Shown: positions 36,388 through 47,950 of the stretch, piece by piece
How the letters are laid out: the number at the start of each line of letters is the position of its first letter
Numbering within the stretch: position 1 is the first letter of the stretch
From: Mobula hypostoma
Taxonomy: Eukaryota
DNA length: 64,000 nucleotides
Direction of reading: 5' to 3'
NCBI RefSeq assembly: GCF_963921235.1
Contig: NC_086097.1
Location: 81,036,001-81,100,000 of the forward strand
The notes under the pieces: model-generated
What the model was told of the DNA's origin: nothing
Database searches by the model: none
Seen by the model: only the letters and a program-made list of their open reading frames with translations
Translations under genes and position numbers: made by a program

Positions 36388-36529
36388 AACCAGTCCTGCT
36401 GAAGTGTCTCAGCCCAAAATGTTGACTCTACTCTTTTTTATTGATGCTGCCCAGCCTGCTGAGTTCCTCCAGCATTTTGTGTGTGTTGCTCGGATTTCCA
36501 GCATCTGCAGATTTTATTTTGTTTGTGAT
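36388..36529 (+). mobile_element. 142-bp hammerhead-led non-coding Penelope-derived element
   Basis: Starts with CAGTC-CTGCTGA-AGTGTCTCAGCCC-AAAA-TGTT-GACT. Perfect TSD TGGGTTATTTAATTT at 36373-36387 and 36530-36544. Confidence 0.88.
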
Positions 36530-38659
36530 TGGGTTATTTAATTTGGCTGCTTCAAACTAGACAACACAGGCTAAGTTGTTTAGTAAGTGGGAGTAGGCTG
36601 TTGAAATGCTTTTGGCATGGACTAGATGGGCCGAAGGGCCTGTTTCTCTGCTGCACTTCTCCATGATCTAAGTGTGCTATTTGTTTGATGATTGTGATTT
36701 GATGTCTGCTTATGACTAATTATTTAGATCAGGGAATAGCTGGTATAAAAATTACTGTTTCTCCAGGAATGGAATTGGTGCAATGGAAATTTATGAAGCT
36801 GGCCCTTGATGGAACCAAAGAAAATCCTGGCCTCAACTGATGTCTCGGCCATGCTCAAAATCAGTTTCTAGATAAGCAGTCAAGCATCTACAAAATTGGA
36901 AGTCAAGTTTATGGTGATAAATTAATGGACTGATGGGAATCTATAAATCAAACAAACTACATAATTGAAGCATCTTATTTTGATAACATATGATAGGAAA
37001 TTATTTGCTTCCTGTCAAACAATGAATACCAGACAGATAAGTTGACCTACATTTTCTCAATATGCTCCAACGATGCATGGGACAACAATGACAGGAACAT
37101 TGAAGTGTTTCAATTTTATTTTAACAATATTCACCACCATTGGTGGTAGGTCTTTCAGTTATGCTTTAAAGATGGAATAGCTTCTCAATTAGTGTGGTCT
37201 CTTTAAAATGTACAGTTCAGAGTTCAACCCAAATACAGAAGCAAGTAATTATTAGAAACGAAAATGAGCAATTCTGGTGTCCTTGCTAGTATACGTTTGT
37301 ACTTACAGGCTCAAAGCATGTTTGAAGGTCTTCAATTACTCAGATGGCAGACAACTCTTCCCCTCCCCTCCCCTCCCCCACCCCACCACTCCAATTCCTT
37401 TGGAAGCATTCCAAGGACTTATGCTTGTAAAACTTCTCCCTGAGCTTACCCTATGAACTGATTAGAATACTGAAAACAATGAACTGGGGAAGATTATGTG
37501 GAAAAGGTACTTGAGGCTGGGAAGTCACCTTGGACTATGACATAAAAGGAGTAAAATGCGCAATAAGCATGAAATTAATGAAAATTGTTCTTCTTCCTTC
37601 ATATTACGACCAAGACCAATGCTTTCCTCATAAAACATTCACATATGGTTGTTTGCAGAGGTTTCTGGATATTGACAGAAACTTTAGCTTGCTTTACCTA
37701 ACCCTCACTCTGCTGCCTGACCAGCATTTTGTGTGTGTTGCTCTTCTGAACAATTATTAAACCCTCCTGAATTACAATTGACCCCAAGTACAAAAGTACA
37801 TTTTCATGTTTGTGTGCATGATTCACATGCACCAACTTTCTGCTGTGAGATGCTGTTTTTTAAAAAATTTTCTGTAAATAGGATACAAAATAATAGACTG
37901 TGAATTTTGGAAAATATAAATCACTTTTCATGCGCTAAGAAAAGGGTAATTTATTTGGTAATAATCCATTCTAGCATATGGCCATTTTGCAGTTTTGTTG
38001 TGAACCAGTCAATAGTTCTTATCATATATACTGGTGACAAAGCCAAAGATGGGGATAAACTCAGGATCAGCACAGGAGGATTTTTTTTAAGAAAAGGAAA
38101 AAACTATGAGTATAAATTAGTGAGAAATACAAATACAATTAGATTGTTTTTAATTTACATGAAAGGAAGAGATAGGTCTAAGTGAATGCTATCTCCCTGA
38201 AGAATAGTTAGGGGGTACAAAGAAATAGCAGTGGAGATGCCAATAGTTTTCATCAGTCCTTCTGGTGTAAGATACTACAAACATACCATTAATTCTGACT
38301 AAAGCTGGGAATGAATTAAATGCCATAATTATCAGTAGATAATTAGAAAAGGCTTAAGGATGAAAACACCCCTGGCTTATTTTGTAGGATCATTAAAGAA
38401 ATGATAACTGAGATCACGGCTGCATTGGTAATTATTTCCCAAAAATCCTGAGATTATGGAGCAGTGCCAGTAGATTGGTAAATAGCCCATGTGGTATCGC
38501 AACTCAAAAGGAGAGGAGGGTGTAAAGGGAGGGCAACTATAAGCCAATTAGCTTTGCATCTGTTATGCAAAAATGTTCGAAGCAATTATTAGCAAAGTAA
38601 TAGAAGCACCTTTACAAAAATTTCCACCTAATCAGTCAATATGGTCGCATAAAGGTCAA

Positions 38660-40384
38660 ATTCTTTAACAGATTTGACAGTGTGGCCCCTGCCCATCCCA
38701 CACATGAGCCATCTGTTGTCGGCTCCCAACCAACACATATTCCACTCTCCCCTCCTACCCCGCCTCACAGTCCCCCACCCTGCTCTCATGACTATACCCC
38801 TTCCCCACACGAAACCACCAAGGTGGGCTTCACAGCTCTACAGGTGAGAAGACAGCTGAAACGTCTCAACCCAAGCAAGACTGTAGGACCGGATGGTGTC
38901 AGTACCAGGGTGCTCAAAGCCTGTGCCCCTCAGCTATGTGGAGTACTTCGCCATGTATTCAACCTGAGTCTGAGGCTCCGGAGGGTTCCTGTATTGTGGA
39001 AGACATCCTGCCTCGTCCCTGTGCCGAAGACGCCGCGCCCCAGCGGCCTCAATGACTACAGACCGGTGGCATTGACCTCCCACATCATGAAGACCCTGGA
39101 GAGACTTGTTCTGGAGCTGCTCCGGCCTATGGTCAGGCCACACTTAGATCCCCTCCAGTTCGCCAACCAGGCCCGACTAGGAGTTGAGGATGCCATCGTC
39201 TTCCTGCTGAACCGTGTCTACGCCCACTTGGACAAGCCAGCGAGCACTGTGAGGGTCATGTTTTTTGACTTCTCCAGTGCGTTCAACACCATCTGCTCTG
39301 CTCTGCTGGGGGAGAAGCTGACAGCGATGCAGGTGGATGCTTCCGTGGTATCATGGATTCTTGATTACCTGACTGGCAGACCACAGTACGTGTGCTTGTA
39401 ACACTGTTTGTCCGACAGAGTGATCAGCAGCACTGGGGCTCCACAGGGGACCGTCTTGTCTCCCTTTCTCTTCACCATTTACACCTCGGACTTCAACTAC
39501 TGCACGGAGTCTTGTCATCTTCAGAAGTTTTCTGATGATTCTGCCATAGTTGGATGCATCAGCAAGGAAGATGAGGCTGAGTACAGGGCTACGGTAGGAA
39601 ACTTTGTCACATGGTGTGAGCAGAATTATCTGCAGCTTAATGTGAAAAAGACTAAGGAGCTGGTGGTAGACCTGAGGAGAGCTAAGGTACCGGTGACCCC
39701 TATTTCCATCCAGGGGGTCAGTGTGGACATGGTGGAGGATTACAAATACCTGGGGATACGAACTGACAATAAACTGGACTGGTCAAAGAACACTGAGGCT
39801 GTCTACAAGAAGGGTGAGAGCCGTCTCTATTTCCTGAGGAGACTGAGGTCCTTTAACATCTGCCAGACGATGCTGAGGATGTTCTACGAGTCTGTGGTGG
39901 ACAGTGCTATCATGTTTGCTGTTGTGTGCTGGGGCAGCAGGCTGAGGGTGGCAGACACCAACAGAATCAACAAACTCATTCATAAGGCCAGTGATGTTGT
40001 GGGGATGGAACTGGACTCTCTCACAGTGGTGTCTGAAAAGAGGATGCTGTCTAAGTTGCATGCCATCTTGGTCAATGTCTCCCATCCACTACATAATGTA
40101 CTGGGTGGGCACAGGAGTACATTCAGCCAGAGACTCATTCCACCGAGATGCAGCACTGAGCGTCATAGGAAGTCATTCCTGCCTGTGGCCATCAAACTTT
40201 ACAACTCCTCCCTTGGAGGGTCAGACATCCTGAGCTAATAGGCTGGTCCTGGACCTGGCATAATTTACATATTACTATTTAACTATTTACGGTTCTATAA
40301 CTATTTATTATTTATGGAGCAACTGTAATGAAAACCAATTTCCCCCAGGATTAATAAAGTATGATTATGACTATGACTATGACT
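38660..40384 (+). mobile_element. Young 5'-truncated Rex1/Babar LINE; RT interrupted by one stop
   Basis: ORFs 38682-39401 and 39408-40238 are in the same frame (NDYRPVALTS, FFDFSSAFNT, GAPQGTVLSP, KFSDDSAIVG). GGATTAATAAAG and (TATGAC)n tail. Confidence 0.93.
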
Positions 40385-40632
40385 TCTCAGCTCACATCTA
40401 AATTCCTGGTCGGGGTTTCCTGTTTTAAATTCATTGGATAAATAACCCAAATCCCCCACCTCTTTGTTTATTTGGGCCAGCAAAGTAAAAAAACACTGAA
40501 CAATAGAGTTCCTATTTAATGATGTCAGATTTTGTTCTGATAGCTACAATTCAATGCCATTCATCAAGACATCATTGATATTATCACTAACTCTGCATCT
40601 GCAAAAGAATGCACAATAGGTATCAATAATTG

Positions 40633-40772
40633 CACCACAGACAAAAATTGCTGGTGAACGCAAACGTTGACTGTACCCCTTCCTATAGATGCTGCCCGGC
40701 CTGCTGCGTTCACCAGCACTTTTTGTGTGTGTTGCTGAAATTTCTAGCATCTGCAGATTTCCTCGTGTTTGC
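40633..40772 (+). mobile_element. 140-bp Penelope-derived element with short inverted 5' piece
   Basis: CACAGACAAAAATTGCTGGTGAACGCA is the inverse of TGCGTTCACCAGCACTTTTTGTGTGTG. Retains AAACGTTGACTG (3' half of the hammerhead). TSD ATCAATAATTG at 40622-40632 and 40773-40783. Confidence 0.85.
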
Positions 40773-41392
40773 ATCAATAATTGGATTGTTATTTATTGAC
40801 TGTATAGGCAATTAATTCAGTTATCCTTTGATTGCGTTCCTTAACTGTCATATGTCATATGTTGTTATGACTCCCAATTAAAACAGGAACACAAAACTGT
40901 CGCTCTGTAATTTATGACCCTGGCAAAGTTGTCTCATTATATCATCCAAGCTTCTGACTGCTTTATTGAAAACCATTTCAGTCAGTAAACGTCACCAAGG
41001 TCCTTCATCTGCCGAAACGATGCCTCTGCATAGAGTGCATGGTGTATGTTTCATGATTAATGCCTATTTCCACAACAGTCCAAATTCAATAAACGATTTA
41101 ATTTCTTCAAATTGTTTTGAATAAAATCTGTCCATCTAGCAGTGATCACTTGTCTGCAGAGACTCTGATTTCCAGCTTACTTCCAACATTGATAGCAGTA
41201 TCCTTATCAGTAATGTTGATTAATTCCAATTGATCTTGGAAAGAAAAAAAATTGTAAAATAGATTGTTTTTTTCACAAAATAAGGCTACTTTGAAGTTCA
41301 GTTCCTGCACCATTTGTTATTTTTCCTTGGAGAACTGATAAACAATGGAGTACTTTAAAACATGGTGACAAATCTGCAAAGACTGCTAGTAA

Positions 41393-41825
41393 AATCAAGT
41401 TCAACTTTATTGATATTCAACTGTATACATGTTCACTGCCAAACGAAACAACGTTCCTCTGACCAAGGTGTATAAAACAGTACATATATCTCACACGCAA
41501 AACAAAGTATTATTACTACAAATAAATTAGCAAATATTAAACTATATTCCAGAAGATTGACATTTAGTATAAGGTGTATTTACCACACAGGTCAAAAAGT
41601 AAAAAATATAATGCTAATGACATGTGTGATGAGACCTGGGTGATGGCAGGGAGTTCAGTAGTCTCATAGCCTAGGGGTAGAAGCTGTTTCCTATCCTAAC
41701 ACTCTTTGTCCTAATGCTATCGTACTTTCTGCCTGATGAGAAGGCACAGAAGGGAGGGGTCACTGACAATGCTAAGGGCCCTGTGTACACAGTGCTCCTG
41801 ATAAATTTCTCTAATGCGTGGAAGG
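41393..41825 (-). mobile_element. Rex/Babar-like LINE 3' fragment
   Basis: SGRKYDSIRTKSVRIGNSFYP C-terminus; 3' UTR homologous to 4880-5150. Confidence 0.72.
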
Positions 41826-42049
41826 AAGACAGATTACCATGTTTTTTTCTTTTTTTCGGTGGCTCGCGCATGGAGTGCGTGTGTCAGTGTCAAAATCCTA
41901 AAAAGGTCAGGTGACAGAGTGTGAAAGGAGTAGATCTGGGTAAGGCCAGTGTTTTTCTGGCTGCGCAGGCACAGGAAGTATCGGTATCAGAGGCCTAAAC
42001 TAGGCTGCAAATAAAAGGAAGGTAGGCTCAAGCGGAGTGTGCTAGTGTT

Positions 42050-43650
42050 AGAATGAGAAGTCTTTGGCTCAACAGACTTTGGCGTGAACAGCGAAGGCAC
42101 AGTTAAGAAGAGGCAAGCCATTTTTCTAGTACAGAGTAGTCAGCATTTAATGCTCCTCTTGTCAGATGTGGGAATTCGGGGTATATGATGGTATCCCTGA
42201 TGATGGCATCTGCAGGAAATGCTCCCAATTTCAGTGCCTGACTGACAGGGTCGAGGGGTTGGAGCTGGAGTTGAATGTTCTCAAGGTCATCCGGGAGGCT
42301 GAAGATATGATAGCTAAGACTTTTGAAGAAGTGGTCACATCCAGAGTACAGGCTTCGGACAGTAGATGGGTGACCACCAAGAGAGGTAAGGGAGTTAAGA
42401 AGTCAGTGCAGGGTTTCCCTGTGGCTATTCCCCTCAGCAACATGCTTATTGCTTTGGATACCGCTGTGTGTTGACCCATCAGAGCATGGCAGCACTGTGG
42501 CTGGCTCAGAGGCTCAACGGGGAAGGGTAAAGTCAGGCAGTATGGTGGTTATAGGGGACAGAAAGGAAATTCTGTGGTCACAAAAGAGACACCAGGATGT
42601 TTCAGAGTGGCTGCAGGGTATTCTCAAGGGGGAGGGTGAACAGCCAGATGCCGCGGTGCATATTGGCACCAATGACATATGGAGAAAAGGGAAAGAGGTC
42701 TGACGCAGTGAATATATAATTAGGAAAGAGGCTGGAGAAGGACCTCCAAGGTACTAATCTCCAGATTATTCCCGGTGCCACGGGCTAGTGCAGAGCATGG
42801 GTAAATGAGTGATTTCAGGGACAGTGCAGGGAGCAGCGTTTCAAGTTCTTGGATCATGGGAACCTTTTCTGGGGAAGGGGTTACTTGTACAGGAGGGATA
42901 GGTTGCAATTTCACTGGAGGGGAACCAATTTCCTGGCCGGGAGATTTGCTAATGCTACTTGGGAGAGTTTAAACGAGTTTTGAAGTGGGCTGGGATTTGG
43001 AGCACCAGGTCAATAAGGAAAGGATTGGAGCAGAAGGTAGATGTTAGGAAAAGTAGTGAAAGGCAAAAATTGAAAGAACAGGTATGATGGGTCAGACAGT
43101 TCGAAGTGTGTATGTTTTAATGCTAGGAGTATAATGGGTAAGGGTGATGAACTTAGAACATGGATCAGTACTCATAAATAATGAAGTTGTGGCCATTACT
43201 GAAACTTGGTTGAGAGAGGAGCAAGGGGTGGGCTATTAATGTGCCAGGTTTTCGAAGTTTTAGAAAAGATAGAAAAGGAGGTTGGGGGGGGTGGAATTGC
43301 ACTACTAATCAGGGACAATATCGTAGCTGAACTCAGGGGAATCTTAATGGAGGGGTCACACCGAGTTCATTTGGGTAGAATTCAGGAACAGGAAGACTGC
43401 AATCACACTGATGGGATTGTACTACAGACACCCCCTCCCCAACAGCCACATAAAAGGGTTGTTGTCATGGGGATTTCAACTTTCCTAATATATACTTGGA
43501 TCTTCTTAGTGCAAGGGGTTTGAATAGGGCAGAATATATTAAGTGTATCCAGGAAGATTTCTTTAATCAATATGTGGACAGTCCAACAACAGGAGGGGCG
43601 ATATAGCTCAGATGCAGATATGGGCAGAGAAATGGCAGATAGAGTTTAAC
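42050..43650 (+). mobile_element. Degenerate CR1 LINE 5' region (ORF1 zinc-finger/leucine-zipper and esterase remnant, start of ORF2)
   Basis: MWE...ICRKCSQFQCLTDRVEGLELEL; VHIGTND; decayed NARSI..K.DEL, ITETWL, GGGIALLIR. Confidence 0.82.
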
Positions 43651-43742
43651 CTGATGCTCCTAACTTTCCCCATGGAGAAGCCACTTATATGCAGTGAGAA
43701 ATGGTCAGCCTGCGACTTCCAAATGTCCACAATCATCTCTTT

Positions 43743-43866
43743 GGGTTTTGGCCCGAAACATTGACTGCACTTTTTTCCATAGGTGCTGCCTGGCCTGCTG
43801 AGTTCCTCCAGCATTTTGTGTGTATTGCTCGGGTTACCAGCATCTGCAAATTTTCTCTTGTTCGTT
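43743..43866 (+). mobile_element. 124-bp Penelope-derived element starting inside hammerhead stem II
   Basis: Begins GGGTTTTGGCCC-GAAA-CATTGAC. TSD ATCTCTTT at 43735-43742 and 43867-43874. Confidence 0.82.
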
Positions 43867-43904
43867 ATCTCTTTAGTCCTGTCCACATTGATCATTCTGG
43901 ATTT

Positions 43905-44543
43905 CCATGAGCCAGTCAACAGGGATTGGAGGTGGAGATGGTAAGTAGCTTTAAATTCCTCGGCGCTATCATATCAGAGGATCTGTTCTACGACTAGCAC
44001 CTAAGTGCCATCACAAATAGGCACAGCAGCACCTCTACTTTCTTAGAAGTTTGCACAGGTTCGTCATGTCATCTAAAACTTTGACAAACTTCTGTAGATA
44101 CACAGTTGAGAGTGCCCTTATTGGTTGTGCTATGGCCTGGTGTAGAAACACCGGTGCCCAGGAACAGAAAGTGGTGGTTGCAGCCCAGTTCATCACAGGC
44201 AAAGCCCTCTCTGCCATTGAGCACATTTACATGGAGTGCTGCCTTGAGAAATTAGCAACCATCATCAAGGACTCCAACTATCTAGGTCATGCTCTCTTCT
44301 TGCTACTACCATCGGTCCCATACCACCAGGTTCATAAACAGTTATTACACTACAACCATCAGGCTCCTGAACTGATGTAGATAACTTCAGTCACCACAAC
44401 TCTGAACTTCTGCACAGTGGTTGTTTGCCAGTCTTTGTTTGTGCATAGTTTTTCATAAATTCTATTGTAATTCTTCATTTTTCTGTAAATGCCTGCGAGA
44501 AAATTAATTTCAAGGTAGTATAGTAAATTTTATTTTGACTTGA
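43905..44543 (+). mobile_element. Rex/Babar-like LINE 3' fragment
   Basis: LTNFCRYTVESALIGC..AW...CLEKLATIIKD...GHALF (ORF 44051-44380). Confidence 0.78.
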
Positions 44544-44706
44544 GGTTGTTGAAATGACTTTGATAAATCATCTTTTGCTTTTTCCATCTCTTACACAGAT
44601 CAAGAATAAAATCTAATGTAATTGCAATAAAATTATCAACCTGAAATCACAGGAAAATACTACTGAGTCTGCAAATTGTAGTTAGAGTAATGTGCAAAAG
44701 TCCTTT

Positions 44707-44740
44707 ATATATATATATACACACACACACACGCACACAT

Positions 44741-44790
<50 letters not shown>

Positions 44791-44796
44791 GTATGT
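44707..44796. repeat. Compound (TA)n(CA)n(TA)n microsatellite
   Basis: Read directly from the sequence. Confidence 0.95.
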
Positions 44797-45085
44797 GAGC
44801 ATGTGGCCAAGTGGTTAAGGCATTGGACTAGCAACCTGAAGGTCATGAGTTCGAGCCCCAGCTGAGGGAACGTGTTGTGTCCTTGAGCAAGGCACTTAAT
44901 CACACATTGCTCTGCGACGACACTGGTGCCAAGCTGTATGGGTCCTAATGCCCTTCCCTTGGACAACATCGGTGTCGTGGAGACTTGCAGCATGGGCAAC
45001 TGCTGGTCTTCCATACAACCTTGCCCAGGCCTGTGCCCTGGAGAGTGAAGACTTTTCATGATCTCACAAGACTAACGGATGCCTT
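44797..45085 (+). mobile_element. tRNA-derived SINE with CORE-like segment
   Basis: A box TGGCCAAGTGG (44804-44814), B box GAGTTCGAGCC (44847-44857), then TGTGTCCTTGAGCAAGGCACTTAA. Confidence 0.85.
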
Positions 45086-45514
45086 ACAGATTGTCTATAG
45101 CTAGGTTGCCTTAGACTTTTGCACAGTACTGCAGTAACTTTATGTATTGCATGTACTGCTGTCACACAAAAAAATTCATGACATACTGTATTTGAGTGAT
45201 GATAAACCTGAATCTGATATGAGTCTCTATGGGGACTGAGAGTGGAAAGGGGGCAGAGAGAGGGGAATCATAGTTGGGAAAAGGGAAAGGGAGAGGGGAG
45301 GAAAGGGAATCACCAGAGAGACATTCTGTGATGATCAATAAATCATTTGTTTGGAATCAAATTACCTTGCTTTGTGTCTCAGGCCTGCATCACCCACCCC
45401 CCCTCCACTGCCCCAGCACACCTTCTCTGCCAGCTGCCCTATACCTTTCCCATGGTGTTCCACCCTTGCCACTCCCAATATCCTTTGCTCCTGCCAAATT
45501 TACAAACTCACTCT

Positions 45515-45666
45515 ACTCCATGTTGATAAATACAGTACCATGCACACCCAATACTCCACATTGACAAACATAGTACTGTGCAAACCCAATACTCCACGTT
45601 GACAAATACAGTACTGTGCACACCCAATACTCCATGTTGACAAACATAGTACTGTGCACACTCAAC
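45515..45666. repeat. 38-bp minisatellite, 4 copies
   Basis: Units start at 45515, 45553, 45591 and 45629 (ACTCCAYRTTGAYAAAYAYAGTACYRTGCAMACYCAAY). Confidence 0.93.
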
Positions 45667-46589
45667 ACATTTGGAGGAGACTGTACCTGGTGACCACAAC
45701 GTTTACTCTTAACACTCAGTGTCCCGAGTTCTGGTAAACTTTAAAAAAATAGTCAAAGTTTCTTGCAGAGAAATTTAAGCATGTGAAAATATTCCACACA
45801 CTAATCAGTAGAAGCCCAATGTATCCAGATGAGCAGGAGTGCAAATCCAAATGGTTTTCCTTTGCTGAAATTACATGCAGTCTGAATGAACATGGTCAAG
45901 TGCCAGTGGTTATGGATTTTCTTTAAACACAGGAAACTGGTTATATAGAGGGTGAAATTTATAGGGAACATAGGGCAGTTTATGGCAAATAGACTACAAT
46001 TACACATTGTAGTCAAGTGCAGGCAGCACCTATACAATGTGGCCAATTTGTTGTCATTTGCTTGTAATTTTGAGTAAAGAAAAATTTTAGAGCAATCCAA
46101 AGGTGTTTAGGATCCCTGAAATTTAATACAGTGGGAAGGAAAGTACAAAGGCTAACTATGCTAAAGCTCTGCTCTCGGATATCAATTGGCTTCATAAATT
46201 TGTAGTTTTTTGTCTTCTGGCCAGCTGCTGAAGTGATAAATAAATTGCATGAATAAAATTACACATATACTTTATTTTTACTGCATACATTACTCTCATA
46301 CGCATTTAGATTTGAGACAGCTAACACTGTATGCATTTCACTGTATGTTTCAATGAGACAACATTATTTGTCTAGCATTTTGTAATGAGCTACATTGCAA
46401 GAATAAAAACTCAAATAATATGGTTTAATTGATTATAATTATGAATAATAACAGGAAAATGAACAATTTCGGAATTCACTGGAGGTATTAAATTGTTCCA
46501 GCATATGGCAATCAAACATTGTTGTTACTTAATGGGGTCATTAAAGAAGGAACCACACTTTTATACTACTTCAACAAACATCTGGGAAA

Positions 46590-47350
46590 TTGGTTTATAT
46601 TTGCCATATGTACCAAGGTACAGTGAAAATAATTGTTTTCTGTTTTGTCCATACAGACCAATTCAGTATAAGTGTGTACTGAGGTCAAATCAAGTATTAA
46701 GCACAGAATAAAGCCACAGTACAGAGAAAGTGCAGTGCAATTGGTCAGCAAGGTGCAAGGTTACAAAAAGGTAAATTGTGAGACCAAGAATCCATCTTAT
46801 CCTACTAGGAAAACATTCAATAATCTTATAACAGTGGGACTGCAGTGGGCAGAACAATTGCCATGTTAAGCTGCTTGTATCCAGATAGGATACTTTATAT
46901 AGTGCATTGATAAACATTAGTGAAGGCCACAGGGTATATGCCAGACTTCTTTAGCCTCCTGAGGAATCAAAGACATTGAAGAACTTTCTCGGCTAAGGCA
47001 GGTAATTAGTGACGTTCACTCCAAGGAACTTGAAACTTGCAACCCTCTCAAACTCGACACTGTTGCTGTAACAGGAGCATGTGCACTGACCCCTTCTTGG
47101 AGTCAGTGACTAGCTGTTTTCTTTTGCTGACACTGAGAGAAAGATTGTTGTCATGACACCATGTCACTAGGCTTCCTGCACTCCAACTCAACATTATCTG
47201 AGATTGGCCCACTACGATGGTATCTTCTCCAAGCTTATAGATACTGTTAGTGCAGAATATGTATGTCCACACAGTCATGAGTGTACAGGGAGTTGGGTTG
47301 AGGGCTGAGGTCTCACCCTTGTGGGAATGATTGCCAGCATTGAGAATAAT
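46590..47350 (-). mobile_element. Degenerate Rex/Babar-like LINE fragment
   Basis: IYKLGEDTIVVG...LVTWCHDNNLSLSVSKRKQLV (ORF 47048-47452). Confidence 0.7.
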
Positions 47351-47669
47351 TGAATGACAATTAAGCTTAAAAGCTTTTGCTTGATGTGCGATGGAGAAAT
47401 CATTGCATCTACTGGATCTAAGAAAGGCAGGGAAGGACAAAGTGACTAACAATGATTATGAGTAAACTGAAAACCAGTCGCAATGATGAGTTAGCTGGAC
47501 TTATATAGGAAAATGTACAATTCAGATGTGAGACCTCATTTGGAGATACTGGCATCAGGCTTCATGACAGAGATGGAAGGGATCAGAAAATACAATGCTG
47601 CCACGGATGAGGGAGCTCAGTTATGAAGATGCAGCATGTTAGGAAAATGAAGACTGGTCTGTTTGGAAG

Positions 47670-47950
47670 AGGATTAGATTTATTTGACACTTGTACATCA
47701 AAACATTGAAACATACAGTGAAATGCATCGCTGGCATCAATGACCAACATGGCCCAAGGATACGTTGGAGGCAGCCTGCAAGTGTTGCCATACGTCTGCC
47801 ATCAACACAGCATGGCCACAACTTGCTAACCCGAACCCGTATGTCTTTGGAATGAGGGAAGTAACAAGAGCACCCAGAGGAAACACACACAGTCACAGGA
47901 AGAACATAAAAACTGTTAAAGTGTTACACTAAATGCTACACTATCGCATC
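47670..47950 (-). mobile_element. V-SINE (HE1-like V domain)
   Basis: Plus strand ATGTCTTTGGAATGAGGGAAGTAACAAGAGCACCCAGAGGAAACACACACAGTCACAGGAAGAAC resembles the reverse complement of the V-SINE central domain. Confidence 0.72.

Noticed and set aside
44797..44870. tRNA gene
   Set aside because: A and B boxes are present but there is no convincing acceptor stem or oligo-T terminator, and it runs into a SINE body.
45515..45666. CRISPR-like regular 38-bp repeats
   Set aside because: Units are contiguous with no unique spacers, there are no cas genes, and the context is vertebrate.
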